Assembly (NCBI GenBank): GCA_964106915.2
Contig: OZ066923.1
Origin: Podarcis gaigeae
Taxonomy: Eukaryota
Reading direction: 5' to 3' (one strand)
Length of the DNA: 64,000 bases
In this document: one piece after another, positions 27,701-40,029 of the stretch
Numbering within the stretch: position 1 is the first letter of the stretch
Layout: each line of letters starts with the position of its first letter
The notes under the pieces: generated by a model
Database searches by the model: none
What the model was told of the DNA's origin: nothing
Seen by the model: only the letters and a program-made list of their open reading frames with translations
Translations under genes and position numbers: made by a program

Positions 27701-30700
27701 GGAAAAGAAATGTATAAACAGGTGGTAGTCAGAAAGAAATGAGATATTTTAATGCTTCTAACATTATCCTATACAAATAAAGGATTGCATTGTTTTCATT
27801 AGTGCTATATGGTTTATGTAATAGGCAATATTTAAACCCTGTTTTGCTATTCTACCATAAACCTATCCGACTTGACTGTAAATTACATTGCTCCCTATAT
27901 TTTACATTAATATTCCTCAAGGTTTAAAGAGCAACCCAATCTTTCCTCAGCAGCATGTAGTGAAAAGCGACAAATGGCAAAGTAAATAGCAGGAAATAAC
28001 AGTCACTGCAACTCAGCTGTAAGGTTTTCAGCATCTTATCACTGCAGCTCAGATTCTCCTCCTCCACCACCACCACCCTGCTTTCATTGCTTTGGTCTTT
28101 AACCCACAGCACGTTGTCCATCAATAACTGTCAGAGAGAGTTTCCCAAATAAGCCACACATAAAGCACAGCTATGACAACTTTATTAGCTCTGCAACGAG
28201 GTGGCTTTTTAAAAAAGAGCAAACTGACTATTAAGAAGAAGTTTGCATCAATATAACTGATGGATGATAACAATGAATCAAAAACAGAGCTTTTGAAAAC
28301 TTGGCTTTTGCTTCCAATGAATACAATGCTACCATTTGCAACCCTCAGTATGTGTGACACTTAACTTGTCCAACCTGCTAGGAATTCTAATAAGAAAACC
28401 CAAGCACATTCATTAAAAAAAAAAATTATAGCTTTTCAACATCAGCACTGAAATGTGGTTATCACCAAGCTGTGCCAGCAATAAAACTATTCAAGGAGAC
28501 AGCAAGGAGAAATGCAACCAGGCCCATGTTCACATTAATAGTTACTTGAGTTTTAAAATCTCAGATATTAACACTGCTATAAGCTGTTCTGAACCAATGG
28601 GAAAGAACAGGATATAAGTAAATTTATTTACTTATTTATTTTTAAAATCAAGAATAGGAGCAAAGGTTTCACCCTTAAAGTCCTATTTCCTTGCAAGGAC
28701 TTGCAAGTCTATCCCGACTCCGATAACCCATTTTGCCATGACACATAAGTTCAATTAGATGTGCAGAAGATAATCAAGAAGTTGTGCCACATGAAAAGAC
28801 CCAGTTCCACAGCAATCCACTGTGTAGCATGGACAAAGGTTCTACGTCAGGGATAGAGGAACTGCTTGTACAGTATACTGCAGAGGTGGAAGGTTGGGGG
28901 GTGGGGTTGGGTAGCTCAAGTTCAATACACAAGTTTAGCATGGGCTTCCTGAAATGCCAACAGCCAAATGCTATGCATTGTTACTCGGGGGGGGGGGGAG
29001 TTTCACTGTATTCAACGTGACTTACTACCAGGTAAGTGTGCATAGGATTGCAGCCCAAGTATGGAAGTTATTGGGGGTACAGAACAATTATCTGGTGGAG
29101 AGACAATTAGTTATAAATCTAATTGCAAATGGTTAGACCCAACCATCACTTGTATGACACACTGCAGCTGAACCATTGGAACCACATTCCACAGACACTT
29201 TACCTGACTGCTGCCAAAGCCAAATGGAGTGCTGGATAAATTCGTAGTAAGACTATGCAGAATAATTTCACCACTCATAGACCCCGAAGCGATATAGCAA
29301 TCATTCCAATTAAATGTTACAGAAGTTATTTCATCTCTGTGATCCTAAATAAGATAAGAAAATGCAAATATTAGTCAGTTGCAATTGGTTTTCTTGTTTT
29401 TTAACCTCTCTTGTTCTGTCAGGTTTAAAGTAATACAAGTATTCAGGCCACAAGGAATAATCCAGCTTTGTCTCTCTCACACTTTTAGGGCTTCACAAAG
29501 CAGCAGCTGACAATGGACCTAGCTAACTTCCATGTGTTTGGTTATATTCTATTCCAGAAGCCTATCAGTTAAAAAGTTCATATTTAGATTTGTAACTGGC
29601 TCAGTCCCCAAAGGTTGGTATCAAAAATTAAAAGACCCAGCAGGACTAAGACCCTGACCTGCACATCTCAGGGGGAAAGGCACAACTTTGTACAATGGGA
29701 AGATGGGCTAATCCCACAAATGAATCCCCCACATCAAGAATTGAATTGTTTCAATTGATTTTAATCTAGCATGTCTATATTGTTGCCACCTGCCCTGGGA
29801 CCTTCTGCTGTAGGTCGGGTATGAAATCCAACAGACTGACAACTCTGGCAATGAAAAGCCAGCACATCAGACAAAGCCTAGCCTAATCCAATGTTTCCCC
29901 TAACATGCAACTCCTTCACATGGTAGAGTATTCAAACTTGCAATAGCTGAACAGTTTGAGGCCACTATCTGAAGGATCACCATCTCCCATGTGATCAAGC
30001 CAAAAATCACCCAGAGATCTAATCTCCCATCTGCCTACCCCTATTCTACAGTGATAGAAGTAGTGTTTTTAATAATAATGTATCCGTAGAAACATTCATT
30101 CATATAGAGTTCATGTATTCAAAAGTTTCCCGGATTCAGTATACACAAAATGCTATTCCAATATAGCACAGTTGCATCAACTGTTTCTCCAACACATACA
30201 ATTTTTGTTCAGCTATTTACCTAAGAACTGTCAGTCTTCCAGATAATCCTACATTTGCATACATATAAATGTCAAAGCATTATGTTTTCAGATAAAAGCT
30301 AGTTATTTAAGAGGAGCTTTATTGCCATTTGGCAACTATAAAGCTAGAAATCCTAAAATTAGCATTGAAACTAAATTCCATAATTATGGTGGCATAGGTA
30401 GACAGGGATTATCAACAGATTAAAAGGATTAACTGATTAAAAAAACAGAAAACTGTAGAAAATCACATTCAGGTTTGTTAACCGGTACGAAGCCAGAGTT
30501 CCCCATTTCAAACACAACAGAAGACTGGCTTAATACAAGCAAGGAGCTTCGTACTGAAGGCAGCACACAACACAAGGGGCAAGAGAAGTGGAGGGAGTGG
30601 AGAGCTCAGCCCCAACACTCATTGCCAACTTCACATAACATGGTTTCTGAAGACTCAAATAATCACTCAGAGATACAATGTAATAAAATGACAGCTTGAA

Positions 30701-33700
30701 AATATTGCTTATATAGCAACACAGTCCACAAAGCCTGCTGCTAGCACAGACACCTATGGTGATAGGAATTCAAAATTTTGAGTTGAAATTTGGGCTTTAA
30801 AGATCAGAACCCAAAGCTAGAGGGTTTGTTTTGAGGGGGGTATTTTTCAGAGTCATATTTAATAGACAAGTAGATAAAGCAGGAAGTGTTTTGTCTTACC
30901 TTAAGAGCTCGGTGAAGTTTTCTGAACTTTAAATCCCATATGTTAACAGTGCTATCCACACCTCCACTTGCAATATACATTGAATTAGAACTCAAACTTA
31001 TACAGGTTTGTTTTGCCTGGTTAGGGAGGGAATAAAAAGGGGGAAATCAACATAGTATCATTTGGGGCCCTTGCAGTAAAGTAGGATATGTTGTTGTTGT
31101 TGTTGTTGTTGTTGTTAAATGTGTATAGTTCTACTCATGGAATCCCTAACCAAACCTGCAGAAAGGTACAGTATTGAGGAAGCGAATTTCACCAATTCGT
31201 CTTTTCCCCTGCAGTCTCCAAAAAATCAGTCCAGAATGTTGGGAGACCCTCTGGAAGAATGTGAAGTGGGCATGACAATGGGAATCTATAAAAACCACTT
31301 CCCATTTCCTCCAGCAGAAGCCTCTGCCTCCCATTCAAAAAATGGGCACTCCGTACTCAAGCTGAGTTGGCAATCAAGGTCCATTAACACCAATATTCTT
31401 ATCCAGCTGTTTAATTTGGCAGGGTTCTAAAGCATGTGAGGAGGCTATGAATGTCGGGCAGGGTCTCCAATTCAGACGTTCTGTGATGGGGATGAAACAG
31501 AGGCTGCGAGGCCAGTGAGCAAAGACCCACTTTTCCCTCTGTGGGATTCATATTATGTTCAGGATTGAGTGTTTTGTTGTGCAAGTCAATGAAATATAGA
31601 GCACTCTATAGCCCTGTTTCCTGTTGCCCCTTATGTGATTAAAACTACTGAAGGGTACAGCAGGGCCATGCCTTCTAGACTCCCCTACTGTGACTCCTTC
31701 CCATCACCCAGCCCTGCTGACCTCCATACGCTGGAGGGAAATGCCTGAAGCTGTGAGCCTGCAATACATGCAAAGGTGCCCTGTGCAATTCAGAACCCTG
31801 AATATGTGGCAGAGCAAGTGGCTGGGGGTGACCCAACTCTCCCCATGACTGCTGATCATGTGAATATTAATCAAGAGTTAAAAGGGCAAATAAAGGTAAA
31901 AAGGTAAAGGTACCCCTGCCCGTACAGGCCAGTCGTGTCCGACTCTGGGGTTGCGTGTTCATTTTGCTTAAGAGGCCGGGAGCCAGCGCTGTCCGAAGAC
32001 AGATTCTACAAAATTCCTTTTATGATTTTCTTTATCCCCAAGGGTGAGCAAGTATTGGCAAGATGTTGGAACACGGACTTAAGCATCATGAGAATTAATA
32101 GACAGTTACTTGTCTGCTTGCTCATTTAAGAGTGTGTGCTACTTTGGGGTGGGAGGGCGTGGAGAATTTGGTGTGGCCAATCAAAGAAGCAGCAGGTTGC
32201 TTGCCTGAGGTAGTATATATTGACTAGCCAATACTAAACTTAACACTGTTGAGGCATCACTCACTCACTCTTTCCTCTGCACATTTCAAACTGTCTTCCA
32301 AGTTTTTCACATTGATACAAAGCTCCTCGGATTTAAAGCCCGGGTTTGCATATAGGCACCTTTTAAAAACTTTTGTATAAAACTGAGATCATTGTACATG
32401 TGACAAAAAAGATCACAACTAACATAATGATCTGAAGAACACTGGTGAGAGTGTTGACTGCTTATTTAAAGCTTAGAGAGAGCATTTTATCAGTCTAAGG
32501 CCCTATGTCACCACAAACCAGAGGGCAGGAATGTTCTGTTGTTAATAATGGGCCGAGAACAGAAATTTATCTTCAGCAATGTATCAAAAGATCTCTCTCA
32601 AGACTCCCAGCCATGTTCATTAATGCATGTCTGGGTTTCATTAAAGTGGCTGCAATACAGCTAACAAAAGCCAATCAATACAAATACATTTTATGCACAC
32701 CATATCACCTTATTCAGACACAACACTAAACAGTGATTTAACTTTATGAGAAACAGGTACAATGAGCCTCTTGTAATCCCTCTCTGGTACAGCTGTGTGG
32801 AATTTAGTATCTTTCACTTCCATTTTAGATTGACTGCAACTATCCATGATGTCCAAAGCCAGACAAACTGTGGCTAAGCTACAAGGCTGGTTTGTTTCAA
32901 CTAAGCATAAGTGAGATTAGCCACGATTTGTTTAGCTTCATCAGACAAGTTAAAAGGAAATTAATATCAAACACAAAAATCCTCCTCTTCGTCATGCTGG
33001 AAAAGAGCCAAGGGGGAACTCATGAGCTAATGTTCACTGCAGCTCCTCCATGTAATGCTAAAGCAGGCATAGGCAAACTTGGCCTTCCAGATGTTTTGGG
33101 ACTACAATTCCCACCATCCCTGACCACTAGTCCTGTTAGCTAGGGATGATGGGAGTTGTAGTTCCAAAACAACTGGAGGGCTGAGTTTGCCTATGCCTGT
33201 GCTAAAGCATAGTTTAGAACAGGAGGAGTGCTGTCTTGTGGTCCTCTAGATTACAACTTCCATCATCTCTCACCATTGGCAATGATGGCTGAGGCTGCTG
33301 AGAATTGGGAGTGCAACAACATCTGGAGAGTCACAGATTAGTCACCCCTGCTTTAGAGTTGCATCCAAACAAAGCCAGCCTCTGTGGTCCTCACTCAAAG
33401 ATGTTAGCAAGCTATATTCTTTTTAGAATGGCAAATAAAATTCTCTCACTTCCGATTTTTTCCCAGTTTCCAGCCCAGCCCCAGTGAATACCTGAAATAC
33501 CATTTTCCCTTTTTATTAATTTCCAGATTTTGTTCAGACAACATGTGACTCGCTTGCAAGTTAGCAATGTGCACTTATAAAATTGCACTGCAATTTGGTC
33601 AATGAACATATGCACTCAGCAGCCTACAAGAGGAGTAAAAAGACATGTACCAAAATCGGTTAGACTTTGGAAATCAGGAAGTCAGATGGAAGAAAATGCA

Positions 33701-36700
33701 AGGCACAGTGAACTCAGTAAACAACAGTTGAGCATCCTTTTAACCCCATTAGTTTTAACACTGCACTTGTGGGGTTAGCATTCCAAATTGAAGCATACAC
33801 AGAGCAATGTCAACTTTACTCAATTTTAAATTTGAGTAGCTCATTATAATACTGTATACAAATTACATGCACAAATGCTCTGGCCGAGGACTGTGTCATG
33901 TACGTTTGGTACAACTCCTTGGCTTGCACAAGTGTCAATTACAGAGGCAGTAGGCAATATGGCTTGTTTTTCAACTGGAAGCATTCTCCATTAAGACAAT
34001 GGGACCTTTTGAAGTATTTTTTTTAGGATCATCCTGTGCTCCACATATATACTTATGTATAACTACATTTTTAAAAATCTGTTATTTTGAAAGAGGGAAT
34101 AGATGAAGTAACTGTAAGTCCTATCTGTGTCTATTCTGTCAGTCCCACTGTGTTCAATGGGGTTTACTCCAAGGTAAAAGGTGCACTTATCCACTGAACA
34201 CAATGGGACTTGCTTCCAAGTAAACATGCAAAAAGTCACATTCTATGGCTCCAAAGAAACAAGTCTGTTTTACTTACCCCTTCAGCTAGCTCAAAGAGTG
34301 GAACTGGTTTACCTTTACCATTTGAAATCACTATTTTATCACCAGCAGCAGAAGCAGTGACCAGAAAATTATCTGAAACAGGTGTCATGGAACATAGCAC
34401 AAAGTTTATATAGTAGCTGAAAAGGGAAAAGTATTAATCCAAGCCCCTTAAACAACATATGCTAGCATAAAATTCAAAACAGAAAAATGTTGATTCAAGT
34501 GTCTTTGTTAGTTTTTATATACTATGCAGTTTTGTTTAATGAAGAAAAGAAAGCAGAAATGCGAAAACATTCCAGTTTTGAGAGGATTTGTCCTTTCAAG
34601 AGATGAACTCCACGTTGCATCCATTTAACACAAGTTTATGATTTAAAAAATACTCCTCTAACAGAGAAGTGCAACTTATTCCATGTCCAGTTTGTCCAGT
34701 TTGCCCACAAATTCTATCCCCATTTCAAAGCAGTATTTGCTGCTAGTATTTTTGCGATTAAAAAAATATGTTTGCAAAAAGTAGTGATCCAATGCATTCT
34801 AAAGTTAGCTGTGTGAATGCTAAGCAGTGGAATTGCCAACTGATATCTCCAGATCTTCAGCCCAAGATATTAACACTCAACTGAGTACACGTTCCACAAA
34901 ATTACATCAAGACATTAAGCCACAACCTGAACAGCAGCCTGTTGATGTAGAGAATGTTTATTTCTAACACCTCCCCCTTCACTTACATCCACCCACTTCA
35001 AACAAACACTATACAAGTGCAATAAAACCAAAGCAGATAAATACCCCTAAGTTTCAGTATTACACTGACTGCCACTGTTGAAGTCTGGATGGAATTCCTC
35101 CATATAAAACTTGCCAGCTGAAATCTGTACAGGGCTTTGGTGTTGTTGCTTCCCTGTTTATTACAAGCCATCATCTGCTTGAGCTATACAGGTGTGCTTT
35201 AGAATACTCCCTTGCCCACAAACAAGTGATATGGATTCCTTTACTTACACCTGCCCCATGCTGCAGCAACACAAATTACATTATAAACAGTTAAACTGCT
35301 TAAGATTTTCAGGTATTACCAATCCTTTATTTTAAACAATTGTCGCAAACAATGTGTCCAAGTGGCTTCTCAATGAAAGGCATGGCCTTTAGAAAAGAAG
35401 AAAAACCTGTATGCTTAGGAACTTTTGCAGCACACTACTTCAGGTGTGTACAAGGTAACTTTCATCTCTAACATTTAGCTGTCACTTTTAAGCAAAACAG
35501 AAAACGTCTAAGGAGATTTCCTTACTTAGCGCCATAGTACATTAGTACATTGCTTTCCATGCGCTGAAGCTTGTCTAACTCAACACAGGATGACAAGCTG
35601 CTGTACCGTTGATCCTGAACAGCCAACAAGATCTACTTAATGGCTCAGACATCCCGAAGTAACTAAAGCCTTCAGCAATTAGAGGAACAGATGAATTCAA
35701 AGCAGCTTCTGCTGTGCTGAATGGCACCTACACACTGCAGGGCGGGGGGAGAAGCAAGAAGATCTAAGTTATTGGGTGACAGCTCTGGAAAAGCACAAGA
35801 CTCCCTGACACAGAACACAGACTTATCAAAAATGGTATGTACTAGTGTCCCTTCTCAATGATACTATTTATTCTGGGAGATTTTCCTTTGTATGACAGTT
35901 GTCAACTCAAGGAAAATTCAAGACCTAGAAAAATAAACACTTCAGTTATCATTATTCATTTTCTTACATGCCCTTCACTATATGGTCCCAGGTCAAGTTA
36001 CAACAGTTTTAAAATACAGTATTGACATAAGTTACACCAAATTACAATCAAGAGGGTATTTTTTGACCAAATTCTTTTTCAGTAGAAATTACACTGCTAA
36101 ATTTACTGTAACATCCAAAACCTACCTTCTTACAAACAGAAACATGTTGTGAATGAATAAGAAAGCCAAGCATTATCCAAGCAAACCATTCTTATGCTTG
36201 CCTGTATACAGCCTCATCTGCACTATCCCCTGACATCATTCTAATGATAAACACGGCAGGTAAGGCTCCATCAAGCATCTTCTAAGATGCACCCAATCAA
36301 ATGTGCATGGTCAGAAAGATGTCTATGATACAGAAAAGAATGGAATACCTGGTATGAAAACTCACTATCCCTACCTAGGAAGCAAAGGACATTTAGCTAC
36401 AATGAACTACTGGAATCAGGCATTTTGTACGAACAGCTGAACACCGCCATTACTAAGGGCTGGTTCACACATGCAAGTGAAATCACTTGATTTCTTATCA
36501 TTTGGGGTACCTTTTAGCTGAACTAAGCTTTTGTTTCTATTAGATGTATATCCTCATCTGGTAAATGGGTTCAGAACGGCTTACAGCATTTTCTAAATGT
36601 TAACAGCTCTGTTCCCAAAGGGCTCACAATCTAAAGAAATCTAACGGTTTGGAGGATAAAAGAGGTCAAATAAAATATAAATGACACTGTAGCCATAGCA

Positions 36701-38813
36701 TATATTTTCTAAAAAGCAAACAGAACCATAAATAACCAATCCAATAAGCCACCCAGAAAACAGTACTTTTTTGCAGTCTCCTGCCAAATGCCTAATCAAT
36801 GAAATGATATTGCATTAAGTAAACTGCTAATGCATAGACTTCAGTCCTAGTTCCTCTGGGGCTCTGCCCAGGTGGGAAATGATTCCTCACTCTGTTCTAG
36901 GAAAAAGAAAATAAAAATTCCTTAGGGTTAAGACATGACAGCCAGTGTGGTGCAGTGGTTATAGAGCGTTGGACTATGACCTGGAGACTCAGGCTCAAAT
37001 CCCCACTCAGCCATGAAGCTCACTGGGTGACCTTGAGCCAGTCACTGCCTCTCATCCTAACCCACCTCACAGGGTTGTTGTGGGGATTAAACAAGGAAGT
37101 GGAGAACAACGTACACCACCTTAAGCTCCTGGGGGGGGGGGGCGGGAGTGGATAAAAATACAAAAAATAATCCAAGCACCAAAGTGTTTCAAGCAATGAG
37201 GCAATATGGAAATTCTGGTGGCTTGTATACTGTATACCTGTATACTGGTGGCTCATATACACATTGTGATCATGCAACAGTGGGACAGCACTATGGGCAC
37301 AATGACATGCCAGAGCTTCTGGCCCATAAATAAAGCACCACACATGCTCATCTATACTTGGAATGCTATAAAACCACAATAAGGAACTGCATTTGCAAAA
37401 ATGGAACATCATCCAACTAAAATAAGGGGGGAGCCTCTGGACATATGCAGCTTCACTTGCACATAAAAAGGTAAAGGACCCCTGACCATTAAGTGCAGTC
37501 GCAGAGGACTCTGGGGTTGCGGTGGGGCCCTCATATTACAGAGCATGGCCATATCTAGCATATCTGGAGAAAAAGCCCTGGCACTGCTTATTTCCTCATC
37601 TTATATCCCTCCTGGAAAGAAGAAACAAATATGCATACTGCCTCAAGAACAAAGACTGTGTAAGGACACTGCATACTCCTCCAGGAATTCAACCTGGGAC
37701 CTTCTGTACACAAAGCACATGTTCTACCACAGTCTTTCCCTTGAACATTAGAGAAACAATGCAGCACTAATGGCAGCTGCTTCTAGGGGTTGAGAACGAG
37801 AATATGTACACATATATAACCGTTCCTCCTCTGTGTCCTGGAGGAGAGGCATGAAGAGGAACACAAGGGGAGGTATTTATAGCCACCTGTATCCAAGTGA
37901 AATCACAAGGAGGAAGATAGTTAAACCAGGGGTCAGCAACCTAAGGCCCATGGGCCGGAAGCGGCCTGCGGAGGTCATTTTACTGGCCCCCGAGCCGCCC
38001 CCGCCCACTCTCACACTGCACTAAACTGGCACCGTGTGCGGCAGGGACTCGCTTCCGCGGCACCGAAAATCACATCTGCACATCACGTCTGCGCAGACAC
38101 AGAAAAACGCAGGCATGCGCGTGATCCGGTTCACAGAGGGATCTCCGTGGGACCAATCCGGCCCAGGCAAGATAAACCTTGCTGACCCCTGGTTTAAACT
38201 AAGCTGTTATTGAACCAAATTGCCAAGGCAGTCTGTAAGAAGTAAACCAAGTATATTCAAATGGAACATACACCTTTGAAATGCATTCCATATCCATACT
38301 TTAATAAATTCAGCTTTTGCTCTTGAGCACATTTGTTCTCACATATGCTTTTCACTCTCTCCGGAGGCAAGGGGTGTTTGGAATTTTAAAGAACAGAGCT
38401 GACTTATTATTCATATTCTTTCAGTTGTTACAGCACAGATGCTATTTAACGGATGATAGTTTATGAATGTGAATGTCCAAAATCCATGTAAATGCTGCTA
38501 CTATAGGACATTAATTATATCAATTAAATCTCATTAGCGCTGCAAAAGTATCTGTGGCTTGTTTGTTTGTATTAAAGCACAGCTCACTGGCTCCAGAGAC
38601 AAAACTAAAAATTGCCACTAAACAAGGAGTGCTATAGCTCTAGATGTTGTGCCTCATGAAGTGGCAAAGGATACTGTTGCTGCCCCAGCATACAGAGCTA
38701 ACTGGGTGTGAAGAAGTATGGGGACTGAACTGTTCCACTACAGTTATGGATGAAGCGTCCCATATTTTAACATCATCATCTCCCGATGAAGCAAATCGGA
38801 TGCTTTCCTGCAT
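15656..38813 (-). CDS. NEDD1: NEDD1 (GCP-WD, gamma-tubulin ring complex targeting factor), complete spliced CDS, 14 coding exons, 662 aa
   Basis: Exons 38675-38813, 34278-34372, 30900-31016, 29204-29344, 26035-26264, 24701-24902, 23906-24095, 21738-21863, 21099-21146, 20581-20804, 19920-20067, 19289-19445, 16565-16631 and 15656-15760 join in phase (1989 nt). They give MQESIRFASSGDDDVKIWD..., WD40 repeats, and the C-terminal coiled coil ...REACHRDIVNLQVEMIKQFH...EIERLREENKRLQAHF*, closely matching vertebrate NEDD1. Confidence 0.98.
16565..16631 (-). CDS. NEDD1: NEDD1 coding exon 13
   Basis: (R)EACHRDIVNLQVEMIKQFHVQL; ttcag| and |gtatgt; 67 nt. Confidence 0.97.
16831..17056 (+). mobile_element. 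Tigger-like MITE
   Basis: CAGTGGTACC...TACCACTG with TA flanks; same internal sequence as the 2038 copy. Confidence 0.88.
17493..17853 (-). mobile_element. Full-length Sauria SINE
   Basis: Same structure; TSD tctgtttgctata at 17480-17492 and 17854-17866. Confidence 0.92.
19289..19445 (-). CDS. NEDD1: NEDD1 coding exon 12
   Basis: (T)SKITSSVTAGVANSLSEKIADTVGSGRLNAPLSSVQIHFIQNMIQETLDNF; gcatag| and |gtaagt; 157 nt. Confidence 0.96.
19920..20067 (-). CDS. NEDD1: NEDD1 coding exon 11
   Basis: LSSSSSEFTSMNTSPLANIIRSPDPRERLIKNLQAQLTYESPVNGPTSA; acaaag| and |gtaggt; 148 nt. Confidence 0.88.
20581..20804 (-). CDS. NEDD1: NEDD1 coding exon 10
   Basis: (G)MDFQPYLSSLDFLSQFSTALPVRKNPVGSGPQVMHSSPLNIFVGSPIKEDDENP...QESREHFKQ; ttctag| and |gtaatg. 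Confidence 0.93.
21099..21146 (-). CDS. NEDD1: NEDD1 coding exon 9 (48-nt small exon)
   Basis: (D)VAVCKTSEDVPGKSD; ctatag| and |gtaagc; phase 1-1. Confidence 0.88.
21167..21408 (+). mobile_element. Squam3-like tRNA-derived SINE (CORE, L2-type tail)
   Basis: A-box TGGTGTAGTGG, B-box GGTTCGCTTCC, CORE-like GGGTGACCTTGGGCCAGTCAC, tail ...GGCGGGATATCAAATCCAAACTCTTCT. Confidence 0.85.
21738..21863 (-). CDS. NEDD1: NEDD1 coding exon 8
   Basis: (G)FPRSCSLDVIPSKEIDHGNTSNPADDLGRNSLGDLFSPLRD; ttctag| and |gtaagt; 126 nt. Confidence 0.95.
23305..23490 (-). mobile_element. L2 LINE 3' end with expanded (AATAAG)n tail
   Basis: aataccccgcccatctggctg...cccagcca.tctgggc...gggctgccttcagatgtcttctaaaagtc preceded by (TTATTC)n. 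Confidence 0.75.
23906..24095 (-). CDS. NEDD1: NEDD1 coding exon 7
   Basis: STLKSTLTKQACKRSDIKTTSNTGGIQNAG...KGADAIQDKS; tttcag| and |gtaaaa; 190 nt. Confidence 0.92.
24233..24456 (-). mobile_element. Related, more diverged Tigger-like MITE
   Basis: ta|CAGTTGTACCTC...GAGGGTCCACTG|ta; shares the GGACC.CCGGAAC.AATTAAGT subterminal motif. Confidence 0.7.
24701..24902 (-). CDS. NEDD1: NEDD1 coding exon 6
   Basis: QLKTLVAESPLTAVEFMPEGTSLVVGSSRGKIYHYDLRKLSAPVKSVSAHKTSVKCITLQCSNNFSR; aaaaag| and |gtaaat; 202 nt. Confidence 0.94.
26035..26264 (-). CDS. NEDD1: NEDD1 coding exon 5
   Basis: PVRHLKYSPFKKALLGSVSDSGAVTLWDVNSQ...VGLDKRIILYDTTSK; ttcag| and |gtatgt; 230 nt. Confidence 0.96.
29204..29344 (-). 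CDS. NEDD1: NEDD1 coding exon 4
   Basis: DHRDEITSVTFNWNDCYIASGSMSGEIILHSLTTNLSSTPFGFGSSQ; tttag| and |gtaaag; 141 nt. Confidence 0.96.
30900..31016 (-). CDS. NEDD1: NEDD1 coding exon 3
   Basis: AKQTCISLSSNSMYIASGGVDSTVNIWDLKFRKLHRALK; ccag| and |gtaaga; 117 nt. Confidence 0.96.
31089..31116. repeat. (TTG)n microsatellite
   Basis: Direct reading. Confidence 0.9.
31892..32001 (-). mobile_element. 5'-truncated Sauria SINE
   Basis: aaaggtaaaggtacccctgcccgtac..., same subfamily as the 9510 copy. Confidence 0.8.
33064..33199. mobile_element. Palindromic hAT-type MITE
   Basis: TIR CAGGCATAGGCAAACT...AGTTTGCCTATGCCTG; perfect 8-bp TSD tgctaaag. Confidence 0.9.
34278..34372 (-). CDS. NEDD1: NEDD1 coding exon 2
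   Basis: (N)NFLVTASAAGDKIVISNGKGKPVPLFELAEG; tttcag| and |gtaagt; 95 nt. Confidence 0.96.
36940..37170 (+). mobile_element. Older Squam3/CORE-type tRNA SINE
   Basis: GCCAGTGTGGTGCAGTGGTT head, CTGGGTGACCTTGAGCCAGTCAC core, A-rich end. Confidence 0.78.
37465..37522 (-). mobile_element. 5'-truncated Sauria SINE
   Basis: aaaggtaaaggacccctgaccattaag...gactctggggttgcgg. Confidence 0.75.
37927..38191. mobile_element. hAT/Charlie-like non-autonomous element
   Basis: TIR CAGGGGTCAGCAA...TTGCTGACCCCTG; imperfect 8-bp TSD agttaaac/gtttaaac; GGCCC subterminal motifs. Confidence 0.82.
38675..38813 (-). CDS. NEDD1: NEDD1 coding exon 1 (exon starts at 38821, ATG at 38813)
   Basis: MQESIRFASSGDDDVKIWDASSITVVEQFSPHTSSHPVSSVCWGSN; acceptor ttacag|GTGCAGCCATG; donor A|GTATCCTTT (U12-type). 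Confidence 0.96.
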
Positions 38814-40029
38814 GGCTGCACCTGTAAGCAGAAAGAAGAAAATGCAGGTGAGATTGGTCATACCTATTAAAAATTATTCTAAATGACAAAATATGCTTTG
38901 TTATAATTGACAGAAGTGTAAAGCTAGGCAGGTTAAGTTATGGAAAACATTTGAAGCCCAGACATTTCCTGTTGGTGCTGCCTTATGTTCACAGCTAATT
39001 GATTGAAAATGATCAGATCAATTATGAAAATAAACACCTGTTTTGAAGTTCCATGTGAGACAAAATATAAAGTCAAAAACAATTAAAATCATATGTTGAG
39101 ATGCATTCTGATTTCATTCTGAATTATGAACATTCCAGGATTTATTTATTCAATTTTTTAATTATTAAATACAGCATTTATACCCACCTTTCAGGCAAAC
39201 AGACGCACAGAGCAGCTTACAAAATCAGTTCTAAGGCAGGCCCTGCCCTCAATCATACAATCTAAAAAGACACAACATGTGAGGAAAAAGGAATGGGAGA
39301 GAGGAGAAAAGAGAAGAGAGAGCTCTTAAATATTACCATCCTTAAAGCTACAGCCTAGGTCAATGCTAGTTCTGGCTGCCTTATTTATTTAGTTTCTATA
39401 CTCCTCTTTACCACCAATGACCTTGGATGGTTTACATTAAAAAAAACTACAAAACACAACATTAGAGATTAAGAAGAAGTAAAATCCATACCAGAATGGG
39501 CAGCAGCAGCAGTTACCAAAAACAAGTGCACCCAAAAGCCTTGATGAAGAGGTATGTCTTCATCTGGCAGTGAACTCTATTCAAAAATGTAGGTGCCCTG
39601 CTACATTTATGATCCACAGCTGGGATACCACTATAGAAACAGACCTGTCACAAACCACAGCCCAATGTAGCACAGCTACTGCAGGATATATACTGAAGGG
39701 TATCTTATGTGGATCTTTCCTGTATCAATCTAATTTCGACCATTAAATCTGTGTTTCAGTAAAAACAAAGAATTGCCAATTTCCAACAATAATTATTCAG
39801 GACAAGCCTGGAAAAAAATATGTGGGCAAATCACATTTGAATTCTGATGCCTGTCCCACTAAATTGTAAGGCAGCAGACAAGTTCAGAAAGAAAATCCAG
39901 AAATTATCTGCTCCCCATGCACCTTATTATAGAATTTCTACCTGCTTGTATTGATTAAACAGATTCAAAGGAGCTTAGAAATAGCTTTTTTAATTGCATC
40001 AATACATAGTAAAAACAACCCAACATTTA

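Larger units (their letters stand above)
34373..38674 (-). other. U12-type (minor spliceosome) GT-AG intron of NEDD1
   Basis: 5' splice site GTATCCTTT (38674-38666); branch-like TTCCATGAC (34392-34384) just upstream of a 3' end with no long pyrimidine tract. Confidence 0.85.
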
